Source: Candidatus Thorarchaeota archaeon (GTDB lineage: Archaea > Asgardarchaeota > Thorarchaeia > Thorarchaeales > Thorarchaeaceae). From it: DNA of 30,056 nucleotides. The notes under the pieces were generated by a model. That model made no database searches, had not been told where the DNA came from, and was given only the letters and a program-made list of their open reading frames with translations. Below, piece by piece: positions 10,075 through 18,494 of the stretch (position 1 is the stretch's first letter; each line of letters opens with the position of its first letter). The stretch covers positions 1 through 30,056 of the forward strand of contig JAWAQK010000030.1 in the NCBI GenBank assembly GCA_038893995.1, read 5' to 3'. The translations under genes and the position numbers were made by a program.

Positions 10075-10415
10075 CGACAGCATTCCCCCGAACATCTACA
10101 TTCGTCGCTAGCGATCCGAGCGGCCTTTATGAGGCCCAGGATCTCCGATTTGTCGGGGAACGATATTGCACCCTTCGGACACATCTTCTTGCACGCCTGG
10201 CAGAATACAACGCAGTTGTATGGATTTTCCACCTCAATGTACGGAGGACCTGAGCGAGACCTGTAGACATGATGAGGACAGAATTTCAGGCAGTCGTAGG
10301 CGCCGCCACAGCCGTCACAGAGAGTCGTATCGATGCGAGGCCACCATGGTATTAGTCTTCGGTCCACACCCATGAACGTAGTCGATCCACATGAGTCACT
10401 AGACACTGTAGCCAC
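10071..10415 (-). CDS. 4Fe-4S dicluster ferredoxin with a Cys-rich C-terminal tail
   Basis: CDGCGGAYDCLKFCP and CVVFCQACKKMCP; tail ECRCSGECCR. Exact start uncertain. Confidence 0.88.
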   Translation of the reverse strand: MATVSSDSCGSTTFMGVDRRLIPWWPRIDTTLCDGCGGAYDCLKFCPHHVYRSRSGPPYIEVENPYNCVVFCQACKKMCPKGAISFPDKSEILGLIKAARIASDECRCSGECCR

Positions 10416-10776
10416 TCTCCTTGAGTGATTCGGTCACCTTTGCGAATGCATCATCGGTAGTCGTGTCCCTTATGTCAATTGAGATGAGATCCCGCTTGAC
10501 GTCAAGGCCCTGCTTGGCAAATGCGTCCCTGAAGAGCTTGTGCTGCATGGCAGGGGCACAGCCACCGATGATTACTCCTCGTCCCTTCTTCAGTGTGGCT
10601 TCGAGGTACCTGTCACCGTCTTCGACACAGAGCTGTGGATGAATGACTGCGTACTCGACAGGCAACTCAAGACGCACTCTGTTGATGAAGTCCCATATGT
10701 CCATCTTCTGAAAACCGGGACACTTGCCGGTACAGACACACATGATGAATACTGGCCGGGAGCCCTGTTGATCCAC
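10399..10776 (-). CDS. Stand-alone heterodisulfide reductase subunit A N-terminal-like domain protein
   Basis: FIMCVCTGKC...HPQLC..DG...VIIGGCAP....KLFRDA....GL......IDIRD matches the HdrA N-domain pattern (CxC...LC...AACSP..HE..FR...NIRE). SD GGAGGTG lies 7 nt before GTG 10776. Confidence 0.75.
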   Translation of the reverse strand: MDQQGSRPVFIMCVCTGKCPGFQKMDIWDFINRVRLELPVEYAVIHPQLCVEDGDRYLEATLKKGRGVIIGGCAPAMQHKLFRDAFAKQGLDVKRDLISIDIRDTTTDDAFAKVTESLKESGYSV

Positions 10777-10778
10777 TA

Positions 10779-11912
10779 CTAGGCACCTCCTGTAACACAC
10801 TCGGCCGCCTGGCCCACTTGAAGATTGTAGAATCGTCGGCCTAACCAGAGGGCTACATAGACAAGACCGAGCAGAATTGGCACCTCCAGCAGCGGACCAA
10901 CTACTGCCGCAAGGGCCTGTCCTGAGTCAATTCCAAAGACACCAATAGCAACAGCGATGGCCAACTCGAAGTTGTTACTTGCCGCAGTGAATGACAGGGT
11001 CACATTCTTGTCATAGGCAAACTTCAAGGCGTACGAGATTCCGAACGACACCAGGAACATGAGGACAAAATAGGAGATCAGAGGTAGAGAGATCCGCAGC
11101 ACATCAAATGGAAGAGAGATGATGACATCACCCTTCAGCGAGAACATCACAACAATGGTGAATAGCAGACCTATCAATGCATATGGTCCCAGTTTGGGAG
11201 CAAAGTCCCGATCATACCATTCTTTCGAACGCCTTCTGATAAGTACGTACCTCGTGACTACGCCGGCCATGAGAGGAATTCCGAGGAAGATGAACACGCT
11301 CTGGGCGATATCTAGCACTGAAACGTCAACTACCTCTCCGGACCCCAGCCCCAATACGGAGGGAAGATAGGTGATGAAGAACCACGCCTCGGGGCTATAC
11401 ATTACTATCTGGAAGACGGAGTTCAGCGCCACAAGGACTGCACAAGACTCTCCACAGCCACCCGCAAGCATGTTCCAGATGAGGACCATTGCAATACAAC
11501 GTGCTAGTCCCACTAATACCACACCAGTCCTGTAATCGGGCAGATCGGCCAAGAACAACCACGCAAGGCTGAACATCAGAAAGGGGCCTACCAGCCAATT
11601 TAGAGTCAGTGAAACCCCAAACATCTTACGCTCGCGCTTGAGCTTGCCGAGCTCCTCATACTTCACTTTCGCAAGTACTGGGTACATCATCCATAGCAGG
11701 CCTACTGCTATTGGTAATGATACAGTTCCGATACGAAAGAAGTCGAGCAAGTCAGCAAGCCCTGGGAACACATACCCAAGAAGAAGGCCAACTATCATGG
11801 CGAGAATTATCCAAAGAGGCAAGAGCCGGTCAAGCAGACCAAGTCCCTTTGTAGGGACGAGAATCCCAATTCGAGTACTGTCTGATCCGGGAGACATATG
11901 CTCTTGTGACAT
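10779..11912 (-). CDS. acr3: ACR3 family arsenite efflux transporter
   Basis: LDRLLPLWI, GLLWMMYPVLAKV, GLARCIAMV (conserved Cys), AASNNFELAIAVAI and GPLLEVP; about 10 TM helices. Confidence 0.95.
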   Translation of the reverse strand: MSQEHMSPGSDSTRIGILVPTKGLGLLDRLLPLWIILAMIVGLLLGYVFPGLADLLDFFRIGTVSLPIAVGLLWMMYPVLAKVKYEELGKLKRERKMFGVSLTLNWLVGPFLMFSLAWLFLADLPDYRTGVVLVGLARCIAMVLIWNMLAGGCGESCAVLVALNSVFQIVMYSPEAWFFITYLPSVLGLGSGEVVDVSVLDIAQSVFIFLGIPLMAGVVTRYVLIRRRSKEWYDRDFAPKLGPYALIGLLFTIVVMFSLKGDVIISLPFDVLRISLPLISYFVLMFLVSFGISYALKFAYDKNVTLSFTAASNNFELAIAVAIGVFGIDSGQALAAVVGPLLEVPILLGLVYVALWLGRRFYNLQVGQAAECVTGGA

Positions 11913-11920
11913 GAGAAACC

Positions 11921-11950
11921 ATCAAATAATCGAACTATTTAAATAAATAG
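11921..11950 (-). promoter_or_regulatory. TATA box of the ars operon with an overlapping AT-rich palindrome (candidate ArsR operator)
   Basis: Minus-strand TTTAAATA at 11943-11936, 24-31 nt upstream of the acr3 ATG. Near-perfect palindrome CTATTTAAATAAATAG at 11935-11950 and imperfect ATCAAATAATCGAA at 11921-11934. Confidence 0.6.
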
Positions 11951-12090
11951 ATAGAGCTAGTGGGTGGTGACAGTGACTGTGTCAGATGAGTCCAGCCCCG
12001 CCGCAGGGAGTAAGACGTCCAAGTTAGAATGGGATGCTCAGAACCATCCTACGCGAAAAAGATAACTCTTTTCGTCTTGATGCAACACGT

Positions 12091-13701
12091 ATGCGAGGGG
12101 TCGTGTCAAGTGCGTTTCTCTTCTTGAGCCTCCTCTGCCTGACGCTGCAGGCACCCCTTTGCGTCCCGGCCACTGAGAGATGGACTGTCGCACTAGACAG
12201 GGCATACGCACCGCATGAGTATTGGGAAAATGGCACTGCAAAAGGATTCAACACGGACATCGTCCGATCTATTGCAAGGATCATGAATAGAGAGATTCAG
12301 TGGATTCCGCTCTCCTGGTCAGAAGTCTATGAGGCACTGACTAACGGCACTGTGGACAGTGTCTGCATGGCTAGGAGCCCAGAACGAGAACTCCTATTCG
12401 ACTTCAGCCAACCAATCATGAACATAACACTCAGGGTATTCGTCAGAGACGAGGTCGCAGGGATTCTAAGCATTGAAGACCTCGCTGGTCACACGGTGGC
12501 CGTCGAGGCGGGCGATATCTGTGAGGAGGTCATCCAGGACCTGTGCCCTGAGGCGGTAAGGGTGCCTGTAGAGTCGCAGGAGGAAGCTATCAGGTTGGTC
12601 GTGGAGGGAGAGGTCACTGCGGCCTTCTGCAATATGCACGCAGGTGGTCATGCCATCCTGAAGAACTCATACTCCAATGTCAAGATGGTCGCTCAGCCCA
12701 TACCAGCGGGCGAGAGATGTATAGCAGTGAGGAAGGGCAACGTTGGTCTGCTGACCGAGATAGATAGGGCGCTAGACGAGATGAAGGCAACAGGTGAATA
12801 TGATCAGATCATGGTGAGATGGTTTGGTGAGTATCCCTACGGGGGAGACCCCAACCTGCGAACAATGCTCACTGTGGTCACGAATGTCACAGTCATCGTA
12901 TTTGCGACCCTTGTGGCAGTGGTCACGTGGAGTTGGTCACTGAGAAGACGAGTGAAGAAAGCGGCCTCAAGACTGTCGTTGTTGGGGGACCTGTTCAGAC
13001 ACGACCTTCGGAACATTGAACAGTGCATATCTGCATGTATTGAGCTACTAACAGATGAGAGGATACCTGAAGATCTGAGGAGAGACCTGAGAGATGATGC
13101 AATATTTGCAGTGAATCGGGCAAAGCGGCTCATAGACGACTATTCCACAATCGAGGAACTGACAGCGAATTCAGTGCCACTCACTGAATTAGATCTGGGA
13201 TCAACATTGAGCTCAGCTGTAGAACAGTTCGCAACCGAACGGCAACAATTCATGGTCAGGACTCGATTCAACCATGTGTCGGCATTGCGAGTAGTTGCAG
13301 TCCCCATGTTGAAAGATGTGTTCCTACGTATTCTGGAGTCCCTAGCAAGCATGCCCACTAGCAGGAACAAGTCAGACATGATCGACATCACGACCTCACG
13401 GAGCGGCAGATGGGTGATGATAGAGTTTCGCCGACACTGCAACAGCATACCGGAGAACATCAAGGAGGGCCTGCTGAAGAGGCACATGGGCGTGCAGGCG
13501 CCAATGGTAGGGCTCGACATGTCGATGGTATATGCCGCGGTGACTTCAAGCCGAGGGGTTGTCAGACTAGAGGATATTGAGGATGGCGGAGTACTAGTGA
13601 GAGTGTGTCTTAGGGAAACACGAAACCGACGGAGGATTCTGCCGATTGCGTCTACGAGAAGGTCTCTACGAGAACAAGAGGCCCCCTGTGCGAAGACCTG
13701 A
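12091..13701 (+). CDS. Membrane sensor: family-3 solute-binding domain + TM + degenerate histidine-kinase core
   Basis: Signal/TM helix. SBP motifs YAPHEY, GFNTDI, W..VYEALTNGTVD, ERELLFDFSQP and GEYDQIMVRWF. Second TM, H-box FRHDLRN, eroded HATPase boxes. ORF open from 12034. Confidence 0.8.
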   Translation: MRGVVSSAFLFLSLLCLTLQAPLCVPATERWTVALDRAYAPHEYWENGTAKGFNTDIVRSIARIMNREIQWIPLSWSEVYEALTNGTVDSVCMARSPERELLFDFSQPIMNITLRVFVRDEVAGILSIEDLAGHTVAVEAGDICEEVIQDLCPEAVRVPVESQEEAIRLVVEGEVTAAFCNMHAGGHAILKNSYSNVKMVAQPIPAGERCIAVRKGNVGLLTEIDRALDEMKATGEYDQIMVRWFGEYPYGGDPNLRTMLTVVTNVTVIVFATLVAVVTWSWSLRRRVKKAASRLSLLGDLFRHDLRNIEQCISACIELLTDERIPEDLRRDLRDDAIFAVNRAKRLIDDYSTIEELTANSVPLTELDLGSTLSSAVEQFATERQQFMVRTRFNHVSALRVVAVPMLKDVFLRILESLASMPTSRNKSDMIDITTSRSGRWVMIEFRRHCNSIPENIKEGLLKRHMGVQAPMVGLDMSMVYAAVTSSRGVVRLEDIEDGGVLVRVCLRETRNRRRILPIASTRRSLREQEAPCAKT

Positions 13702-13786
13702 GTACTGTTCGGCATCAAACTCCCTGTGGAGCACCGACCGTCAGGAGAGCCATTCAATGCAGGCCTAATAGTAAAGCGACAGGGCA

Positions 13787-14749
13787 TCAGATGTCGGCGG
13801 GCTGGTCATCCTCGCACCTATCCGGCCCAGAAAGCAGACGCATTGCTGATGGATACTTTTTTGCAAGGGCCTCGCGAGAGGGCTGGATGGTATGATACGG
13901 CCTGTAGTCCTGTCCGGCCTTCGTGGCATCGATCTGCTCCTGAATGATGCCTCGCATGCTCTGATTTACCTCGAAGCCGAGGAAATGCCGGAATCGGGCC
14001 TTGGCACACACGGCAGTGGTGCCATTTCCCATGAATGGGTCAAGGACTAGATCACCAGGCCTAGTTGCAAAGTCGATGCAGCGGCAAACAACACGTTCAG
14101 GAAGCTTTGTGCTGTTCTTCTTTTGACCCGGTCGATACGTACGAGGTATGTCCCAGACGTCGAGTGGGTAGTGTTCAATCTTGTTGAAGTAATACCTTCG
14201 GGGATCCTTGGCCAGGAACAGGATGTGATAGTGACTCGTGACGAACTTGCGACGAGTGAACACTCCAAACTGATACTTCCAGATTATGTGGTTGATCACA
14301 CTAAGACCCGCGTGCTTCACGGCAACAAGGATGTCACTCAGATGTGTCCACCCGGAGAAGATGAATGCCGACGAGGTATCCTTCATTATACGTGGCAGCT
14401 CGGTGATCCACTCACGGGTGAAGACGTCATAGTCAGTTCCAACCTCCCGATATCCTTCAACGACTAGGTCGGCATTACGGTTGTACTGTGACCCACGACC
14501 ATCAAACTCAATCCCAAACGGAGGATCAGCAATGACTAGGTCAACCGACTCAGGAGGCAACTGATGCATTCCAGCAATGCAGTCCTCGTAGAGCACATGA
14601 TCTACTTGGAATGGAAAACTGGCCCCTTCATAGAGCTGTTTTGCCTCGTCAAATTCCCAGTCATGATCAGGCCTGAAGTTCAGTGCAGCGACACCCGGAA
14701 CATAGGGAGTCCTTCGCTTCCTCTCGTTGGATCTGGATCGATCAATCAT
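13787..14749 (-). CDS. Site-specific DNA methyltransferase (N6/N4, beta class), orphan
   Basis: Motif IV VDLVIADPPF precedes motif I VLDPFMGNGTT; also IIWKY, DVWDIP and GFEVN. Confidence 0.9.
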   Translation of the reverse strand: MIDRSRSNERKRRTPYVPGVAALNFRPDHDWEFDEAKQLYEGASFPFQVDHVLYEDCIAGMHQLPPESVDLVIADPPFGIEFDGRGSQYNRNADLVVEGYREVGTDYDVFTREWITELPRIMKDTSSAFIFSGWTHLSDILVAVKHAGLSVINHIIWKYQFGVFTRRKFVTSHYHILFLAKDPRRYYFNKIEHYPLDVWDIPRTYRPGQKKNSTKLPERVVCRCIDFATRPGDLVLDPFMGNGTTAVCAKARFRHFLGFEVNQSMRGIIQEQIDATKAGQDYRPYHTIQPSREALAKKYPSAMRLLSGPDRCEDDQPADI

Positions 14750-15149
14750 TGATTGTGCTCAACCCCTTGACAAGTGAAACCCGACCATGGTCTGCTCAGA
14801 GCGAAGGTCGTGAATAGGCATATAGGTCCCGGCCCATCTCTCGTTCGGTGATGAACGGACCATGAGACAATCGTGAATTCAACGTGACTTCCTTTTAAGT
14901 CACAGGCCTATGGAATCAGTCCAAGCCACAGATCAGCTGCACAGGATCATGTGGCATAACAACAGGATGGGTGAGTCGTTCGTGACAGGCGCAAGGGCTG
15001 AGATCCTTTGAGCATCGTCATGAGGACCATTGTTGACAGTACTATGCATTGATCTCGGAGGCAATAGGACATCGGTAGCGATGACCATGCGGAAGCTTAT
15101 CACGCCAACACTTTTCTGCATGTGAACTATATTACTAGATGATGGCGAA

Positions 15150-15665
15150 TTGGTAACTACAGTGACAAGAGCCCTGATCAGTGACTTCTCCAAGTTCAAG
15201 ACTGCATGGGAGAGGGACTCTGGAAGTCCTGAGAATTCTGTCCTCTACTACATGATGGCTGCGCTCATGGTCGAACAGGACCCTGCACTCGCCGAGGCAA
15301 TGATGACGGTCGTGGTATCAAAGGATCACGTGACAGAGGACGGTAAGAGCCCTTCGGGGTTCAAATTGCGTTCAAGTGCAGCCTACTATGTGGGCCAGTT
15401 TAGGAAGAATCCACATATAGCAAGGTCGTATGTCGGGGGTAATCCAGACAATAACTACCAGTACTCCAAGAATGAACTCAGGCTCACAGTAGTGAGGGTG
15501 GTGGAACAGGGCGATAACACTCTGAAGCTGTTCATATCAAGCAGCGGGAAGGACATGCCCACTCCAGTGACCGTTGCAAGAAATAACAAGAACCAGTGGA
15601 AACTCATCGAGTACTCATCACTCTGCACTGGCGTGAGACCACCTAAGGGATCAGCCGACTTCTAG
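15150..15665 (+). CDS. Hypothetical protein (DUF6935-like)
   Basis: ARSYVGGNPDNNY, KLFISSSGKDMPTPVT and WKLIEYSSLCTGVRPP resemble this family from memory. TTG start. Confidence 0.6.
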   Translation: MVTTVTRALISDFSKFKTAWERDSGSPENSVLYYMMAALMVEQDPALAEAMMTVVVSKDHVTEDGKSPSGFKLRSSAAYYVGQFRKNPHIARSYVGGNPDNNYQYSKNELRLTVVRVVEQGDNTLKLFISSSGKDMPTPVTVARNNKNQWKLIEYSSLCTGVRPPKGSADF

Positions 15666-15741
15666 ACTTGCTTGAGGACAGTGTGGCTCGTGGCCCTCAC
15701 GTGGGGCCCTCTCGAGAACATCTGCGGACAAAGACCCGGTC

Positions 15742-15774
15742 GGAGGGGAGCAGCAAAAATACCGCTGCCCCTCC
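15742..15774. terminator. GC-rich hairpin between convergent genes
   Basis: GGAGGG-GA-GCAGC / loop AAAAATACC / GCTGC-CCCTCC. Confidence 0.4.
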
Positions 15775-15795
15775 TACCTGAACATGTCCTGAGGG

Positions 15796-16521
15796 TCACA
15801 GGAGATAGAAGGCCCAGATATAGAGTACCATGAAGAAGACCGCGACGACAGCAGAAACAGCAAGCTGCCATCGCCGGACTATGGTCTTGGACTCTGTCAC
15901 ACGGGTGTACTTCAGACGATCGAAGACCAGATACGAGATAGGTATCGTCACGAGCGCCGCAGCCAGCTGATCCGCGATCCAGTGTTGCCTGACGAGTAGC
16001 GTGGATATCATGACAGCTATCGCAATTGGCCACGAGATATAGCCATACTCCTTTCTCGCCTTCCAGAGCGCATAGGCGGTCAAGAGTGAGGTAGACCCAT
16101 GTAGGCTTGGGAAGCAGTTCACAGGGACATCGCCTTGATAGAGAGCCTGAATCTGAAGTGAGAAGAAATCGGTCCCGGAGACTATGCGCTCAGGCCCAAT
16201 TACTGGAAAGACGAGATAGATCGCATACGCAATGAGATTGACGAGTACGAAGCCAAGGACGAGCGCATTGCGATACTCCCTGTGTACAAATGCGAAGTAG
16301 AAGTAGCTGAAGAATAGGAAGGAGTAAAAGAGATACCAATACACGATGATTGCGGACGGAACAAGGGGGATCATCAGGTCAAGCGGCGTGGCCAGAGTCA
16401 CCGGCATGTGTAACATGACTGACACGTGTGCAACCACGTCATAGAGTAGCGACACGCCAAGTATTATTAGAATGCTCACAACTCCGTATATGACCCAGAG
16501 ATAGTTCTTGAAACCGTTCAT
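15796..16521 (-). CDS. PAP2 superfamily membrane protein (AUR1 / inositol phosphorylceramide synthase-like)
   Basis: About 6-7 TMs, YLVFPVIGPER, NCFPSLH and RQHWIAD motifs. Confidence 0.82.
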   Translation of the reverse strand: MNGFKNYLWVIYGVVSILIILGVSLLYDVVAHVSVMLHMPVTLATPLDLMIPLVPSAIIVYWYLFYSFLFFSYFYFAFVHREYRNALVLGFVLVNLIAYAIYLVFPVIGPERIVSGTDFFSLQIQALYQGDVPVNCFPSLHGSTSLLTAYALWKARKEYGYISWPIAIAVMISTLLVRQHWIADQLAAALVTIPISYLVFDRLKYTRVTESKTIVRRWQLAVSAVVAVFFMVLYIWAFYLL

Positions 16522-16585
16522 GTCACGGTGTCGTGCAGGTCGGGTTCAAATCCTTTTCCACTCGAGCCTCACAGGAGCTTCATGA

Positions 16586-17770
16586 ATGCACAGACTGATA
16601 AGAGGAGACAAAGCCAGGAGACCATCATATTGTGCAGACCTGAACATACTTGTCAACAATGCCTGGATGAGCGTGCTCTGTTGTTACTTGTCATGTCGTG
16701 AGGAGGCGTGGAACATCTCCACTATCACCATCGGATCGAAGTTGTGGGGCGGAAGAGAGGTAGAGTGGGTCCTTCCGGTCAGTAGCACAGTACTTCATCT
16801 CATGCGACAGCAGTTGATCTCGGTAGACCTCTCGCCGATCGCGATGTGTACGGGACTGAGAGAGATAGTCCTCCATAAGAACCGCATCCTGGAGATCGAC
16901 CTCAGCCCATTGGCAGACTGTCGATCACTGGAATACCTGTCTCTCTCGTCTAACCGGTTGACACAGGTTGACCTGACTCCGCTCGGTCGTTGTTCGTCCC
17001 TGCAGGTGCTTGACATTTCTGAGAACTATGTCCGTCGGGTGGACCTGGGACCATTGGCCAATTGCGCTCAGCTCGAGGCACTGTCAGTCGCATCGAATCT
17101 GATTGAGGAGGTCGACCTGAGTCCTCTCAGCAGATGCAAGAGAATGGTCGCAGTCAGTCTGAAACGAAATCGCCTTGCCAGTGTAGACCTATCACCCCTA
17201 AGAGCCCTCACTGCACTTGAGAGGCTGGACCTGTCAGAGAATGCCCTAGAGCACATTGATCTCGGTCACCTGTCGTCCTGTAGCCAGCTGAAGGAACTCA
17301 GGCTGAGCAGGAACAGAATCAAGGATCTGGACCTGACTCCTCTGGAGAATCTGCATCGTCTGAGACTGCTTGACCTATCACACAATATGCTGAGTCGCTT
17401 GAGTCTGTCTGCACTGAGCAAGTGCTCGGATCTCTCTGAGCTGGACCTATCCGGAAATCCCACGGACTCGCTTGATGTCAGCCCCCTGAGTCATTGTGTC
17501 AGTCTTGAAACAATACGGATAATGGGGAACGGTCTCAGACATCTTGATCTGACCCCCATGAGTCAGCTCCGAAACCTGTCAGTCTTAAACATCGCAGAGA
17601 ACAGACTCGAGCAGATTGACATCACACCCCTGGCGGAATGCCCGCATCTTGAGCTGTTGCAGGTTGATCCCTCGGTCAACTTGGTGATTGATGCTGAGAC
17701 TGCTGACCGCAAGGATCTTCCCCTTCCCGTACGAAGACTCATTCGTGACCAAAGAGTGTCGCTCAGATGA
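16586..17770 (+). CDS. Leucine-rich repeat protein
   Basis: About 13 tandem 24-aa LRRs with consensus LxxLDLSxNxLxxIDLxPLxxCxx. The true start is probably near 16715. Confidence 0.92.
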   Translation: MHRLIRGDKARRPSYCADLNILVNNAWMSVLCCYLSCREEAWNISTITIGSKLWGGREVEWVLPVSSTVLHLMRQQLISVDLSPIAMCTGLREIVLHKNRILEIDLSPLADCRSLEYLSLSSNRLTQVDLTPLGRCSSLQVLDISENYVRRVDLGPLANCAQLEALSVASNLIEEVDLSPLSRCKRMVAVSLKRNRLASVDLSPLRALTALERLDLSENALEHIDLGHLSSCSQLKELRLSRNRIKDLDLTPLENLHRLRLLDLSHNMLSRLSLSALSKCSDLSELDLSGNPTDSLDVSPLSHCVSLETIRIMGNGLRHLDLTPMSQLRNLSVLNIAENRLEQIDITPLAECPHLELLQVDPSVNLVIDAETADRKDLPLPVRRLIRDQRVSLR

Positions 17771-17923
17771 TGACTCACCAAGAACTGCTGACGTTCTGAA
17801 GTTCGGTTCTGCTGTCCTCAGGCTGTTCGGGTGACGCGTGACCCTGACGACTCGCATGAAGGAACAGCGATCTTGCACTTGGCGATGCTATGGTCCTCCC
17901 AGGAAAATGTCCAAAACGAATGA

Positions 17924-18394
17924 GTGATTAGCGATTGCACTCAGCATGTCATTGTGACCATGTTTCAAGTAGATACCAGACAGGGCAGCTGGACATGGAT
18001 CCCAGTCCATTGGATTGTAGTATACTCGACACTGAACCTGGCAAGCATGATACTGGAGGCTATGACTGGTACGGACCACTACCTCCAAGTGATGACCATC
18101 GGAATTCCAGTCTTGGTGGCCCCAGTTGTGTACAGGAGACTTGCAGGAGGGGCATGCAGTCTGAGATTCCATGTCTGTGCATTCATGAAGGGGCTCTTGG
18201 TCGGAGTTCTACTAGTCGTTCAGTCCGTAGGCGCCGATCTCGTGCTCGGCACATACTTGGGGGTGGCGGTGATACTGGGACTCTCCTCGCCCCGTTCAGA
18301 AACACTTGTGTACGGGATCTGGCTCATCAGTGCACTGATTGGTGGCCTTGGAGCTCGAGTCTCAGAGGTCCGCCAAGCGTCAGTCGGACAGTAG
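17924..18394 (+). CDS. Hypothetical membrane protein (about 4 TM)
   Basis: Hydrophobic segments and C-terminal LIGGLGARVSEVR. Start is possibly ATG 17960. Confidence 0.6.
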   Translation: MISDCTQHVIVTMFQVDTRQGSWTWIPVHWIVVYSTLNLASMILEAMTGTDHYLQVMTIGIPVLVAPVVYRRLAGGACSLRFHVCAFMKGLLVGVLLVVQSVGADLVLGTYLGVAVILGLSSPRSETLVYGIWLISALIGGLGARVSEVRQASVGQ

Positions 18395-18494
18395 ACGCCT
18401 GTCGGAGGTCACTCGGTTACGAATGACTTCACAACGTGACCAGGCCCACGAGGCTCAAATGTTCCCACGGTAGGGTTTCTGTGCCGAAGTACGA

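Noticed and set aside
8171-10776. Selenocysteine (TGA) recoding in the DGC, Trx-like or HdrA-like genes
   Set aside because: All motif positions are ordinary Cys codons in uninterrupted ORFs. The TGA stops coincide with the starts of downstream genes in other frames, and no convincing SECIS was seen.
13140-13787. Long antisense ORFs (also 9256..9795, 9635..10111, 19726..20202, 28360..28878)
   Set aside because: These are shadows of well-supported genes on the opposite strand.
14910-15011. 33-aa ORF MESVQATDQLHRIMWHNNRMGESFVTGARAEIL in the intergenic gap
   Set aside because: No SD, the TATA-like element is too close, and there is no motif or paralog support.
16800-17670. Periodic ~72-nt DNA similarity as a CRISPR array or tandem repeat
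   Set aside because: It is explained by the 24-aa LRR coding repeats; there are no identical repeats with unique spacers.
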